Part shown: positions 10,645 to 21,522 of the stretch, piece after piece
Layout: each line of letters begins with the position of its first letter
How positions within the stretch are numbered: the first letter of the stretch is position 1
From: an uncultured Chlorobiaceae bacterium
GTDB taxonomy: Bacteria > Bacteroidota > Ignavibacteria > UBA10030 > SZUA-254
Length of the DNA: 64,000 nt
NCBI GenBank assembly: GCA_964520905.1
Contig: CAZFQL010000002.1
Span: forward strand, 134,450-198,449
Direction: 5' to 3'
Position numbers and translations under genes: made by a program
Notes under the pieces: generated by a model
Told to the model about the DNA's origin: nothing
Seen by the model: only the letters and a program-made list of their open reading frames with translations
The model's database searches: none

Positions 10645-10694
10645 TTACAATATTATATTCGATGATAGATGGACAGTCATTAATGATTTTCTGG

Positions 10695-11339
10695 TCAACA
10701 ATGACGAGCTTTGAAGATATACTGGAATGCGAGATACTCTTCAAGTTTTTGAAACATAATTAAATTTAGAAATTTCATTTTTCTACTTCCGACAACTCTT
10801 GGAAGAATAGATTCGATATGGAAACCCGCACTTGTGATTAAATCTTTCATGGATCGCAATGAGAAAAAACGAAGATGGGTGCGATCAAAAGGTCCATAAT
10901 CTTCATAATTCCATCCTTCGCGTATTAATTTTAGGATAACGGCATAGTGCCGCATGTTGGGAATGCTGCATATTATAACACCGTTGGGTTTAAGATAAGG
11001 TTTGAGTTTCCTCAAAACGGCAGCCGGTTCTAGCAGATGTTCCAGGATATCAGCAAATATAATGCAATCGAAAATCGCTCCCTGGAAAGGTAGGATCATC
11101 GTCTGGATATCTCCGGTAACGACTTGATCAAGATTCAACTTAGCTGCTTCCGCGGCAAGTATATCATACTCTATTCCGAACACTTTGCGCTCCGGAACAT
11201 CTCGTTTTAAATTTTTTCCTAAAATTCCATGGCCACATCCAACATCAAGGATCGAGAGCATCTGAGATTCAACCTGTGAAAATATTTCAGGCCTATCATT
11301 CTCATAATAACCAGCATCAAGTATAGTAGTGTTTATCAT
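10695..11339 (-). CDS. Class I SAM-dependent methyltransferase
   Basis: Motif I ILDVGCGHGILG and motif post-II FDCIIFADILEHL. 4 bp ATGA overlap with the upstream GT4. Confidence 0.75.
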   Translation of the reverse strand: MINTTILDAGYYENDRPEIFSQVESQMLSILDVGCGHGILGKNLKRDVPERKVFGIEYDILAAEAAKLNLDQVVTGDIQTMILPFQGAIFDCIIFADILEHLLEPAAVLRKLKPYLKPNGVIICSIPNMRHYAVILKLIREGWNYEDYGPFDRTHLRFFSLRSMKDLITSAGFHIESILPRVVGSRKMKFLNLIMFQKLEEYLAFQYIFKARHC

Positions 11340-12484
11340 AATAATGAATCGTAATGATTCTTATATTGCAGAGCCATCTTGGCAGCATCGAAATTCATTT
11401 CCGCTCTTTCTCTTCCTCGCTCGCCCAGCTCTTTTCTTTTTTGTTCATCCTGAATAAGGTTTTCAAGTGCATTCGCCAAGGAAAGAAAATCGTTCGGCTG
11501 GACAAACACTCCTGAGTCTCCAACAACCTCGGGGATAGAACCGCTCATCGTTGATATAACAGGTTTACCGCATGCCATACTCTCAATCAAAACATAACCG
11601 AATTGCTCCTGCCAAGTCGGGATCGGCAAACTTGGTAGAACAAAAATATCGGCAAGATTGTGAATCTTCTGCATGACGTCATACGAATGACTGCCGATCA
11701 ACTTCACATAATCATCCATCTGTAGATATTGTATCCAGTGCAGGATATTATCACGCTCTCTTCCCTTGCCGGCAATCAGAAGTTTAATCTTTTTCCTTGA
11801 TCCTGACCTGTTAAGTAGATGTCGAAAAGCGAATAGCAGATCGTAAATCCCTTTTTCCCGATATAAGTTAGCAACATACAAAACAATTATTTCGTCTTTA
11901 CCACAACCAAAGCGATTGAGAAGCTCGGGATCTTTTGACGCTGGTGAGAAATGTGTTGTGTCGATTCCCGACATCTGAATTTTAATTTTATATTCAGGCA
12001 CACCCTCTAAAATTAACGCTTCTTTAGCGCGCTGAGAAACGGCAAGAAACAAATCAGTCTTTTCGAAGACAACCTTCTTACATCTTTCAGTCGCCGGCAA
12101 ATGATGAAGGAAGGGAATATTTTCCCAAACAGTAACAACGAGTTTAAATTTTAATTGCTCTTTTACCTTCGCCGCTTGATAGGTATAATGCGATGAAGTC
12201 TCGGCGCTGTGGACGACATCGAATCCTCGCAGTGCAGCTCCCAAACCCTGCAGATCATGGAGATCGCCGAGGAAATGTATCATTGGTTTTCTCAAAAGAC
12301 GCATTCGGAGAGATTGGCCGAAAGAAAATAATTTTTTTACCTTGAATGGAATTTCACCGACGTTGAAATTATGACCGTAGCTCGCAAATCCCACAATATC
12401 ATAAGTATCCATAAGCGGTGAGAAATTTTGCATCTCCCAGCTATTCAAATAGGGACCACGAACAATGGCTAAGCGTTTTTTCAT
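11336..12484 (-). CDS. Glycosyltransferase family 4
   Basis: EQFGYVLIESMACGKPVIST (EX7E) C-domain. Confidence 0.8.
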   Translation of the reverse strand: MKKRLAIVRGPYLNSWEMQNFSPLMDTYDIVGFASYGHNFNVGEIPFKVKKLFSFGQSLRMRLLRKPMIHFLGDLHDLQGLGAALRGFDVVHSAETSSHYTYQAAKVKEQLKFKLVVTVWENIPFLHHLPATERCKKVVFEKTDLFLAVSQRAKEALILEGVPEYKIKIQMSGIDTTHFSPASKDPELLNRFGCGKDEIIVLYVANLYREKGIYDLLFAFRHLLNRSGSRKKIKLLIAGKGRERDNILHWIQYLQMDDYVKLIGSHSYDVMQKIHNLADIFVLPSLPIPTWQEQFGYVLIESMACGKPVISTMSGSIPEVVGDSGVFVQPNDFLSLANALENLIQDEQKRKELGERGRERAEMNFDAAKMALQYKNHYDSLL

Positions 12485-12579
12485 GAAATACTTTTTAACT
12501 ACTACGTAATTGTCATTTATTTGTCTGAATCATACATCTTTTTCGCATTTCCAAAGTAAGAGAATAATACATCAGAATC

Positions 12580-12617
12580 AACATTAAAACAAAGCCACCC
12601 TAAAATTGGGTGGCTTT
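12580..12617 (-). terminator. Rho-independent terminator after the secreted beta-propeller gene
   Basis: Perfect 10 bp stem aaagccaccc-taaaatt-gggtggcttt, followed on the minus strand by T-rich sequence. Confidence 0.55.
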
Positions 12618-12645
12618 AAGATTTATTTTAGATCTTGGGCAAAAA

Positions 12646-13947
12646 TTATTTTACTAGTGCCACCTTCTGTGTACCAATAAATTCGCCCGCTTTGATACGG
12701 CACAAATAGATGCCGCTGGCAAAATTGCCGGCATTCCACACTACTGAATAATGCCCAGCCATTTGCTGCCCATCGACAAGAGTAGCTACCTCCTGACCTA
12801 GTGAATTGTATATTGTGATATTTACCTGGCGTTCGTGCACAAGATCGTATTCAATGATTGTTTTGGGATTGAATGGATTAGGATATATCTGGTACAATTT
12901 AAATTCTTTTGGCATCTCTTTAACTTCTTTCACTTCTAACGGTGTGTACTCCGACGTTGCATAACCGATTTGCCAATAATCGCTTGCCATCCTACCGGAG
13001 TACCACATTTTGAACTGATTATCCTCAAACAATACGCTTAACATCCCTAATGTAGCCTCGTCCCAAGTCCCAGAACCACCTAAACTGATAATCGGGTTGT
13101 TTAAATATCGATGCCACGTTAATCCATCAGTCGAAGTAGCATATCCAATCTGGTATCCATATGCACCAGGTGCACCGAAATAAAACATATGATATGTATT
13201 CCCTATTTTAATAACTCTGGAATCTGTAACAAGGTATGATTCCCACAAATTAGATTTATCTGTAAAAAAAATCGGGTTACTTATATGCTTAACCCATGTA
13301 TAACCGTCTGACGACGTAGCATAACCAATCGCAGTAGTATCATGACTGGTGCCAGAATACCACATCTGATACATACCAGCACTATCTCTAATGACGCATG
13401 GAGAATGAACAGCATCACCATCCCATCCCGTTGACAAGCCGTGCACCAGTACCGGATTGTTTGAATATTTCGTCCAATGAATTCCGTCGGGAGATGTTGC
13501 TAAACCTATTGAAGCTTTCCATAAACTATTGAATCCCCCATAATAGAGCCGATACCCTGTAGTATCTTTAAGAACTGTTCCACCCCAAATAAAACTTTCT
13601 TCAAAACTTCCCGTGATGCCTCTTTTTAGAACTGGATTCTTTTGATATGGGAACCAATTAATTCCATCTTCCGAAATCGCATAACCTATACTATATTGCC
13701 TGGAATAATAATTTTCGTATCCAACATACAACATTTTGTAGATTCCATTGTCATGGATTACTGCCGGCATCCAAGCTTGGCGACTATCGAAACTACCGTC
13801 TATTCCATATGCACTCACGCCATTAAATACTCCGGAAGAAAGCACAGGATTATTGGTGTACTTTTGCCAAGTAATCTGGCTAAAGAGTTGTTCTTTCAGA
13901 AAAAGAGAACAACTTAATGAAAGAATAAAAAACAACTTAGTACGCAT
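12646..13947 (-). CDS. Secreted five-bladed beta-propeller glycoside hydrolase-like protein (GH43/GH130/GH32 clan type) with T9SS C-terminal sorting domain
   Basis: Signal peptide MRTKLFFILSLSCSLFL (start taken at the ATG preceded by GGAGGA). Four to five repeats of IGYATS-x-DG-x-(T)W...NP(V/I) . C-terminal FKLYQIYPNPFNPKTIIEYDL...VALVK is a Por/T9SS CTD. Confidence 0.55.
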   Translation of the reverse strand: MRTKLFFILSLSCSLFLKEQLFSQITWQKYTNNPVLSSGVFNGVSAYGIDGSFDSRQAWMPAVIHDNGIYKMLYVGYENYYSRQYSIGYAISEDGINWFPYQKNPVLKRGITGSFEESFIWGGTVLKDTTGYRLYYGGFNSLWKASIGLATSPDGIHWTKYSNNPVLVHGLSTGWDGDAVHSPCVIRDSAGMYQMWYSGTSHDTTAIGYATSSDGYTWVKHISNPIFFTDKSNLWESYLVTDSRVIKIGNTYHMFYFGAPGAYGYQIGYATSTDGLTWHRYLNNPIISLGGSGTWDEATLGMLSVLFEDNQFKMWYSGRMASDYWQIGYATSEYTPLEVKEVKEMPKEFKLYQIYPNPFNPKTIIEYDLVHERQVNITIYNSLGQEVATLVDGQQMAGHYSVVWNAGNFASGIYLCRIKAGEFIGTQKVALVK

Positions 13948-14002
13948 GGCATCCTCCATATTATTGTTGATAGAGTAAATTATTTAATAATACTACAATT
14001 AT

Positions 14003-14674
14003 TTATCTGTCAAATTTTCTGAAATGGCGTAGAAATTTAAGCAAATTATTTATGAGGAACTTCACCGTTGTTATTTTTAGTTGTTTAATACGAGATTCTA
14101 TAGATATGATGTGTGAAGGATTTGAAAATTTTACATCTGTAGATAAATCCTCTTCAATCCTAAGCGGGATAGTTTCCCTCCATTCATATTGTACATAATA
14201 ATCGCTAAAATGAGAATCTATGAATTCGGCAAATAACGAATCGTTTTGATACATCTGATGAAAATAATTTTTAAATGGAGAATCTGAAATTCGTGGACGC
14301 ATAATGATAGTATCGTTTTCGATCCGAACTATCCATTTATGGAAGGGCCAGCCGAATATTTTTTCTCCTAATTCTGACGGTGTCTCAATGTAGCCTGCTT
14401 TTGCAACTCTTGTAAGTTCGGCAATAAATTGTGTTGGATTATTCATATGTTCAAGTACATGTGACGTGATTACGTAATCAAAGCTCTTGCCTTTGAAAGG
14501 CAATGCTACACCATCAGCAACAACAAATGGTCGTTTGTCTATTACAAGATTTTCTTCGCCTGCTCTCTCGTAGTTACTCTCGATATACCTATCGCAGAGA
14601 AAATTTGAACGTTTGCGCGGACGGTTGCCGCTGCCTATTTCAAGAACACGATCTGTATGTTTAATATTGAACAT
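14003..14674 (-). CDS. Class I SAM-dependent methyltransferase
   Basis: VLEIGSGNRP...FDYVITSHVLEHM. Confidence 0.7.
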   Translation of the reverse strand: MFNIKHTDRVLEIGSGNRPRKRSNFLCDRYIESNYERAGEENLVIDKRPFVVADGVALPFKGKSFDYVITSHVLEHMNNPTQFIAELTRVAKAGYIETPSELGEKIFGWPFHKWIVRIENDTIIMRPRISDSPFKNYFHQMYQNDSLFAEFIDSHFSDYYVQYEWRETIPLRIEEDLSTDVKFSNPSHIISIESRIKQLKITTVKFLINNLLKFLRHFRKFDR

Positions 14675-14680
14675 TGGAAA

Positions 14681-16081
14681 TCATCTTGAAAATATTCTGG
14701 CGAGGAATTCCTTCTCTTGGTCACCGAACCCTCGCACCACCAACATAACAACAAAATATAACCCAACTCCTACCAAGATCACTGGGATAAGATACCAATC
14801 TTTTATGAAAAATAAAAGTGTTCCCATGATAGCTGATGCGATCAATATTTTTATATAATCGGCAAAATTCCCTAAGGTAAATCCAACTTTTATCAAGTAA
14901 AATACATAGACGATCAGTAATAAAAAATCTGTTGCCATGATAGTAAATGCCACGCCAAGGTAACCGAATTGAGGGACCACAATTACATTCATGCCAAATG
15001 ACATGATGGCAATGCTGATTGAAATCCACATACATATTTTTTGATATCCGATGGCTAACAAAAATACATAAACTACCCAAGCCAAGTATACAAACGCTTC
15101 TCCGCAAATGATAAGCTGCAGAACCATTGAGGCACTTTCGAATGAATTCGGATATACTAAGGAAATGATTTTAGGCGCCAGGAGAACAATCCCCACTGCT
15201 AATGGTATGGATATTTCCGCCATTACTCTTAATGAATCTTGAAGCGCTTTCAATAATTTGTGCTTAGCATTCGATGTGAACTCCGAAAATATCGGATAAA
15301 CTATTTGAGAAAATGTTATTGGGATTAAAGTGAGAATCGAGATCAATTTATATCCTGCACTGTATATTCCAACTTCTATATCACCACGAGTGTATTTCAG
15401 AATCGTTGCACCAACGAAAGTATACATTGAAATCCCGAGTGAGCTAATTGCGATAGGTAAACTTTCTTTAAGAAATTCCTTCCAGAGAGACATATCAATT
15501 TGAAAACGAGGGAAACCAATTCGTCTAACATACACGGCGAAAAGAATTCCAAGGTTCAGCAAAGCAACTACAATACTTAGCAACAATACAGTCATCACGA
15601 ACGGATATTGTGATAAGATTATAATTATGAATGCAGAAAGCAAGAGATCGTTCAGAATATTGGAGATGGAAACAACCACCATTTTGCGATGTGCCTGAAA
15701 TGCACTCAGGAAAACCATCGAGAGTCCATTGATTGCGAACACTACCGTTGTCAGGAGTATTGCCCAATTTGTGGTAGCATCGAAACGTGAGATTATCCCG
15801 AATAACCCGACAAGAAGACCCGCTGCGAATACTATTATCACTTTAAGCAATATCGCTTTGCCGACGAATTCCCTGGTTCGACTAAGATCTCTCGCTAGAT
15901 CTCTCGTGAGTAATTGAGATATCCCAAAATCGAAAAGTACCTGAAATAGAGAGCAAAAATAAAATGCAAAGTTTAATATCCCGAAACTTGCTACACCAAG
16001 ATAAGTCGCGAGATAGTTGAGCCGGACCATTCCCAGCAATAAGCCGATCACTTTCCCAAAAAACAGTGCGGCGGCATCCAA
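14681..16081 (-). CDS. Wzx-type oligosaccharide flippase (MOP/polysaccharide biosynthesis protein family)
   Basis: 466 aa with about 14 TM helices. The N-terminal segment is typical of the polysaccharide biosynthesis/flippase family. Sits inside the GT cluster. Confidence 0.7.
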   Translation of the reverse strand: MDAAALFFGKVIGLLLGMVRLNYLATYLGVASFGILNFAFYFCSLFQVLFDFGISQLLTRDLARDLSRTREFVGKAILLKVIIVFAAGLLVGLFGIISRFDATTNWAILLTTVVFAINGLSMVFLSAFQAHRKMVVVSISNILNDLLLSAFIIIILSQYPFVMTVLLLSIVVALLNLGILFAVYVRRIGFPRFQIDMSLWKEFLKESLPIAISSLGISMYTFVGATILKYTRGDIEVGIYSAGYKLISILTLIPITFSQIVYPIFSEFTSNAKHKLLKALQDSLRVMAEISIPLAVGIVLLAPKIISLVYPNSFESASMVLQLIICGEAFVYLAWVVYVFLLAIGYQKICMWISISIAIMSFGMNVIVVPQFGYLGVAFTIMATDFLLLIVYVFYLIKVGFTLGNFADYIKILIASAIMGTLLFFIKDWYLIPVILVGVGLYFVVMLVVRGFGDQEKEFLARIFSR

Positions 16082-16196
16082 TGTTATTTTTTTTGTCTGT
16101 GTAGGCAGAGCTTCTACCGAATATTATATTTTAAACTCATTGTTGTTAATAAACCGGTGCGGGTAAACTAGATAGTCACTAATTTATATTCTAATA

Positions 16197-17186
16197 TCAT
16201 TCCACCCAACTCCGTGGAAGGTTTTTAGTTATCTCTATATTATCGAATCTCTTGCTTTTCCGTACACCTGCTTTCTTTGCCCATTCTGCCATTCGGTGTA
16301 TCCCCTCATCCAGTTGAAATTTGGTGGTATGTTTAAAAACCTTTTGTACTTTAGAGTGATCGGAATACGCGTGAACAACTTCTTTGCGTGCATCCAAATA
16401 AGTGATATTTGGTTCAACGTTAAATTCGCGAGCTACTGCTCTTGCAATATCGTTTACAGCTACCGGCTCGTCTGCCCCGATATTGAATATATTATTATAT
16501 GCTTCAGGTACATCAATCGAATTGGCAATAACAGGTGAAACATCCAGGATGTATGTAAATGCACGCGTTTGCTTCCCGTCGCCGAAAATTGTCAATGCTT
16601 TACCTTGCATAATTTGATTCATGAAAATACCTAAAACATTTCGGTATTTATCTCCGAGATTTTGGTTCTCACCGTATACATTATGAGGGCGAAAAATAAT
16701 ATAATCCAAACCGAAGAGATGGCTCGAAGCTTTCAATTCCTGTTCTACTGCAAGCTTTGCAATACCATAAGAATCTTCGGGCACCGGCGTCATATCTTCG
16801 CGCATCGGCAATTGCGCTGCACCGTAAACGGCAATGGACGAAGTAAACACAAAGCACTTCACGTTATTATTGACCGAGGCATTAATGAGATTAACGCTAC
16901 CGATCAAATTATTTTCGTAGTTGAACCGTTTGATGAAATGGCTCAATCCTTCGGCTGCGTAAGCTGCGAGATGGAAAACATATTCAATGCGATAATCCTT
17001 GAAAATTTTATCTATAAGCGCAACATCATTGATTGAACCTTCGATGAATATAGCGGCAGGATTTACATTCTCTTTGAATCCGCCGCTGAGGTCATCAAGA
17101 GCAATGACTTGATGTTTCTTGGAAAGCAAATCATTTATGATATGAGAGCCAATGAACCCAGCTCCTCCTGTTACTAATATTGCCAT
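16197..17186 (-). CDS. NAD-dependent sugar-nucleotide epimerase/dehydratase (SDR family)
   Basis: ILVTGGAGFIGSH Rossmann motif and YxxxK (YGIAKLAVEQ). Confidence 0.8.
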   Translation of the reverse strand: MAILVTGGAGFIGSHIINDLLSKKHQVIALDDLSGGFKENVNPAAIFIEGSINDVALIDKIFKDYRIEYVFHLAAYAAEGLSHFIKRFNYENNLIGSVNLINASVNNNVKCFVFTSSIAVYGAAQLPMREDMTPVPEDSYGIAKLAVEQELKASSHLFGLDYIIFRPHNVYGENQNLGDKYRNVLGIFMNQIMQGKALTIFGDGKQTRAFTYILDVSPVIANSIDVPEAYNNIFNIGADEPVAVNDIARAVAREFNVEPNITYLDARKEVVHAYSDHSKVQKVFKHTTKFQLDEGIHRMAEWAKKAGVRKSKRFDNIEITKNLPRSWVE

Positions 17187-17226
17187 TGTATTATCCTTCT
17201 AGAGAATGCGTAAAATATAATTTTTT

Positions 17227-18081
17227 TTAGGAGTTCGATCCAAGCTTCTTTCCCTTCCTTAGTATCCCATAAATTCTGCCGCCAAACACTTGCGACGCAA
17301 AACGGAAGATTCCGTTATCGGCAATTTTCTTAATATCGAAGTTGTATAATTTTTCCAGCACCGGCGCGGGATATTTTAAACGGATGTCCCAATCTTCGAA
17401 CAGATCGAACGCTTCCTTCCAGTTTTTTAATGAGAATTGTGTTTCTAATATTCCATACTCCCGTTCGATAACTTTACCAAAGCGGAGATATGTTCCAATC
17501 CTCGCAACTTCATGAAGACCAAGCCAGCTCTTTAGAGCTTCTCTATTGAAATAAAAATAGCCGCCGTCTTTCAGTAATGAGTGGACTGTTTGAAAAACGG
17601 GTCTTGGATCAGGGAAATGATGAATTGTAGCGAAGCAGAAAACAAAATCTAATTGCTGCGGCTGTATATTTTCTTTCGCTTTAAGGAAATCATCTGCTAC
17701 CAGTACAAGCTTCTCGTGCGGCAGTTTTTTTTCTTTATAGTCATCCTTGAAACAGTTTTCAGAAATAATTCTGGAGATGTTCAGCATGTCGGGAGAAATA
17801 TCGAAGGCGTATCCTTTTTCAAGATTATAATGGTCGATCAGGGAAAGCACTCGCTGGGCGCGTTCAGCTCCAAATTCGCCAAACGCCATATTATTATTGA
17901 TACCGATTTTGTATTTTCGATCGAGTCCTTTAAAGATATTGAGAGTTTCTTCCATCCTTTGCTTCATTAAACCCATGAATCGCTCAGGATTATTCTCTTC
18001 AGCATCAGCTACTCCTTTTCGATAATTAATCTCACCAGCTTTATTCGAGTCAGCCTGATATTTATATCCATTTGATTTCAT
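17227..18081 (-). CDS. Putative SAM-dependent methyltransferase (divergent)
   Basis: LDFVFCFATIHHFPDP and LLKDGGYFYF resemble MTase motifs II/III. Motif I is degenerate. Confidence 0.45.
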   Translation of the reverse strand: MKSNGYKYQADSNKAGEINYRKGVADAEENNPERFMGLMKQRMEETLNIFKGLDRKYKIGINNNMAFGEFGAERAQRVLSLIDHYNLEKGYAFDISPDMLNISRIISENCFKDDYKEKKLPHEKLVLVADDFLKAKENIQPQQLDFVFCFATIHHFPDPRPVFQTVHSLLKDGGYFYFNREALKSWLGLHEVARIGTYLRFGKVIEREYGILETQFSLKNWKEAFDLFEDWDIRLKYPAPVLEKLYNFDIKKIADNGIFRFASQVFGGRIYGILRKGKKLGSNS

Positions 18082-18164
18082 CTTTCAATCCTTAACTAAA
18101 AATTTATATTCTAACGAATGGAAATATAACGATTTTCCCCTCGTGTTTCAACGGCAGAATCTGT

Positions 18165-19001
18165 TTATCTATCTATCTTTTTCACCCGGTACAGACTCGT
18201 TAGGAAATTCACAACGAATCCGAAAGGTATAGTCAGCCAATGATGCCAACGCGCGTAACGAGCCAGCAGACGAAGCTGACTTTTCAGTTTATTCCAATTC
18301 TTAAACCACGAGAGATGTCCACCCGAGCTGACGGATAATTTATGCCATACTACAGCCGCCGGCACATAAAGTAATGTGTAACCTGCTCTCGCAGTACGGA
18401 TACACCAATCCGCATCTTCTCCATAAATGTAATAGCTCTCATCGAGCATTCCGATTTGCTGAATGACTTCAGACTTAACAAGTACACAGCAGCCGGTGAT
18501 ATAATCCGTCTCAGACTGGATATCATATTGTCCGTTATCGATTTGACGCACCCCGACATGTGAAATCCAGCCCTTCCACCATTCGATTTTTCCGCCTGCG
18601 TACCAAATACGACGAGGATCGCCATGAAAAAATATTTTCGGTCCTGCCATCCCGACAAACGAATTCTTTTCCGCGGCATCGAGAAGATTATTGAGAAAAT
18701 TTTTCTCGACGACCGTATCGTTATTGAGAAGCATGATATATTTTGCTCCTTGACCGAGAGCTTTTTGAATTCCAACATTGTTGCCGCCGGCGAAGCGGAG
18801 GTTGGATTTATTTATCACTACTTCAATACCCGGAAATTCTTCGATTACCGCGGCGGCAGTTCCGTCGACAGAGGCATTATCGACAACTAAAATTTTGAAA
18901 TTTGAATATGTTACATCCCGAAGTGAGCGAAGACATTCGAGCGTATCATCTTTTCCATTCCAGGTGAGAACAACGATATAAACAAGCGGTTGCGCGACCA
19001 C
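18165..19001 (-). CDS. Glycosyltransferase family 2
   Basis: ILVVDNASVDGT...YIMLLNNDTVV. Confidence 0.8.
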   Translation of the reverse strand: MVAQPLVYIVVLTWNGKDDTLECLRSLRDVTYSNFKILVVDNASVDGTAAAVIEEFPGIEVVINKSNLRFAGGNNVGIQKALGQGAKYIMLLNNDTVVEKNFLNNLLDAAEKNSFVGMAGPKIFFHGDPRRIWYAGGKIEWWKGWISHVGVRQIDNGQYDIQSETDYITGCCVLVKSEVIQQIGMLDESYYIYGEDADWCIRTARAGYTLLYVPAAVVWHKLSVSSGGHLSWFKNWNKLKSQLRLLARYARWHHWLTIPFGFVVNFLTSLYRVKKIDR

Positions 19002-19003
19002 TG

Positions 19004-20110
19004 TTATTTTACTTTCTCAAGCAGAATGTCAATAATGCGTTTAGCCGATTTCCCATCTCCGTATGGATTTGCTTTGGTGGACATTTCTAGATATGCCTGC
19101 TTATCAGAAATCAATCGTTGTGCTGTGCTGATGATCTTATCTTTATCCGTTCCTACCAATTCTGCGGTACCCGCATCGATAGCTTCGGGACGCTCCGTAG
19201 TTTTCCGAAGCACGAGCACGGGTTTACCGAGCGTGGGGGCTTCCTCTTGTACACCGCCGGAATCCGTAAGAATCAGATAGGCTTTACTCATCAACTGAAC
19301 GAATGGGCGATACTCCATAGGTTCTATCAGATGAACACGCGGAACGCCTGCGAGAATTTTGTTTGCTGTTTTCTGAACATTCGGATTAGGATGTACCGGA
19401 TAAATCAATTCGACATCAGGATTAGTTTCAACAAGATGACGGCATGCAGAAAAGATGTTGGTCATCGGTTCCCCGAAATTTTCCCGCCGGTGCGAGGTCA
19501 GTAAAATTACGCGCCTTTTAATAAAGTCGATACTTTTCAGCGGCTCATCCTGAAACTTATACATCGGGTCTACAATCATCAGCAGGGCATCGATCACTGT
19601 GTTGCCTGTAACGAATATATCCTCCGGTTTGATACCTTCATTTAACAGATTCTTTTTCGCCCACTCTGTCGGGGCAAAATGAAAATCTGTGAGCCGTGTA
19701 GTCAACTGCCGGTTGGCTTCTTCCGGGAATGGATTTGTTTTATTCCAGGTACGCAATCCCGCTTCAACATGCCCGACCGGGATCTTTAAATAAAAAGCGG
19801 CAAGCCCCGCGGCAAAGGATGTCGTAGTATCGCCTTGCACTAACAATACATCCGGTTTTTCTTTAAGAAGCACCGGCTTGATTTCGTTCAGAACTGCGGT
19901 TGTCACGTGAAATAAATCCTGATTATGCTGCATGATATCAAGATCGTAAGCAGGAACGATTTTAAAAATATCTAACTTCTGGTCCAGCATCTCGCGATGT
20001 TGTGCTGTAACGATGACGACATGATCGAGTTTGCGGCGTTCAAGTTCTTTTACGATAGACGCCATTTTAATGGCTTCGGGCCTTGTTCCAAAAACAACTG
20101 CAATTTTCAT
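19004..20110 (-). CDS. wecB: UDP-N-acetylglucosamine 2-epimerase (non-hydrolysing)
   Basis: MKIAVVFGTRPEAIKMASIV...HVEAGLRT...LTDSGGVQEEAP, canonical WecB/MnaA. Confidence 0.85.
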   Translation of the reverse strand: MKIAVVFGTRPEAIKMASIVKELERRKLDHVVIVTAQHREMLDQKLDIFKIVPAYDLDIMQHNQDLFHVTTAVLNEIKPVLLKEKPDVLLVQGDTTTSFAAGLAAFYLKIPVGHVEAGLRTWNKTNPFPEEANRQLTTRLTDFHFAPTEWAKKNLLNEGIKPEDIFVTGNTVIDALLMIVDPMYKFQDEPLKSIDFIKRRVILLTSHRRENFGEPMTNIFSACRHLVETNPDVELIYPVHPNPNVQKTANKILAGVPRVHLIEPMEYRPFVQLMSKAYLILTDSGGVQEEAPTLGKPVLVLRKTTERPEAIDAGTAELVGTDKDKIISTAQRLISDKQAYLEMSTKANPYGDGKSAKRIIDILLEKVK

Positions 20111-20226
20111 GATTTAATTTTTAGTAGATTGATTAATAGAAATAAGTTTTATATTGTCATTGACTTTCATTTCAGACAATAACCGATCGATTCAGTTATA
20201 AATCGATATTATTGATAAACTTCTTA

Positions 20227-21348
20227 TCATTGGCTTTCCGCCAATTCTTCGATATTCCGCATTAGATTATCCCATGAATATTTGATCTTCTCGATCTTTA
20301 CGTTGTTCGCAAATTCTTCTTCCTTTTTCTCACGATAAAATTTTTCTATTACCATAGCAAGGCTATCCGGATTATTCGGCGGCACGATATATCCGGTTTT
20401 ATCATGCACGATAACTTCTGCAAGTTCGCCGACATCAGTTGCGATGACAGGCTTATTAAAATTATATGCGATTTGTGCGATACCGCTTTGCGTCGCCGAA
20501 AGATATGGAAGAACAACAACATCAGCCGCGCTGAAATATAAAGCTACCTGTTCGTTGGGCACATAATCGGATACAAATCGGATGTTAGATTCTAAGTTCA
20601 GTTCTTTCACTTTCTGCCGGTACTTAGTTTCATCATCATAAAATTCACCAACGGCAAGAAGATGTACATCCTTCAGCTTTTGCATTGCCTCAATCAGAAT
20701 CATCAATCCCTTATATGCACGTACATAGCCAAAATACAAAATTACTTTCCCTGCTTGAATGCCCAATTCGTGACGTGCTTGCTGTTTAGGAATTGGATCT
20801 CCGAAATTTTCATAAACAGGATGCGGGACTTTCCGGTATCTGGCATTGGGAAAATATTTCAACAAATCCCGTTCAACGGCATTCGATTGAACAATAAAAT
20901 AATCAGATTGTTTAAACGCATATCTCGTAAAGATCACATCACCTAACCGGCGTTCATGCGGAATGATATTATCGCATATGAATAGAACCTTAGCCCCTGT
21001 AATTTTCTTGACTAATTTCGCAATCGTTCCGAAGCATGGTCCGAAAAAAGGAAGCCAGTATTTAAAAATCAGTAAATCGGGTTTTAATTTTTTTATCATG
21101 AATGCTGCGCGAATCCAATTGAACGGATTTATCGAATCGATAATCTGTGGCGCCGCCGGCACACCGGTCAATTCACCTTTTTCTTCCTGTGATTTTCCCG
21201 GAAATAATATTTTAGGATATTGCCGTTTAAAAGTAACCGTCTCTATGTGATGGTGCTTTCTCAAATGAGAAGCGAGTAACGCATTAAAATGAGCGATACC
21301 GCCGCGAAGCGGGTAAGCCGTACCGACAATGACGATATTCACAAACAC
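20227..21348 (-). CDS. Glycosyltransferase family 4
   Basis: GT-B C-domain (VVLPYLSATQSGIAQIAYNFNKPVIATDVGELAE). Confidence 0.75.
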   Translation of the reverse strand: MFVNIVIVGTAYPLRGGIAHFNALLASHLRKHHHIETVTFKRQYPKILFPGKSQEEKGELTGVPAAPQIIDSINPFNWIRAAFMIKKLKPDLLIFKYWLPFFGPCFGTIAKLVKKITGAKVLFICDNIIPHERRLGDVIFTRYAFKQSDYFIVQSNAVERDLLKYFPNARYRKVPHPVYENFGDPIPKQQARHELGIQAGKVILYFGYVRAYKGLMILIEAMQKLKDVHLLAVGEFYDDETKYRQKVKELNLESNIRFVSDYVPNEQVALYFSAADVVVLPYLSATQSGIAQIAYNFNKPVIATDVGELAEVIVHDKTGYIVPPNNPDSLAMVIEKFYREKKEEEFANNVKIEKIKYSWDNLMRNIEELAESQ

Positions 21349-21522
21349 ACCATATTATTTCGTAATTTGAAAAATATATTCAAGTTTTTTCTGAATTGTT
21401 AACGAATCACCATTGGAAGATACAAGATTTTTAAACTGTTTACAAAATCCAACAGGTTTAAGCACACTCGGGCTTTTCCAATCCTTTGATAGATAATATA
21501 TACAGATGATAAGTAGATATTC

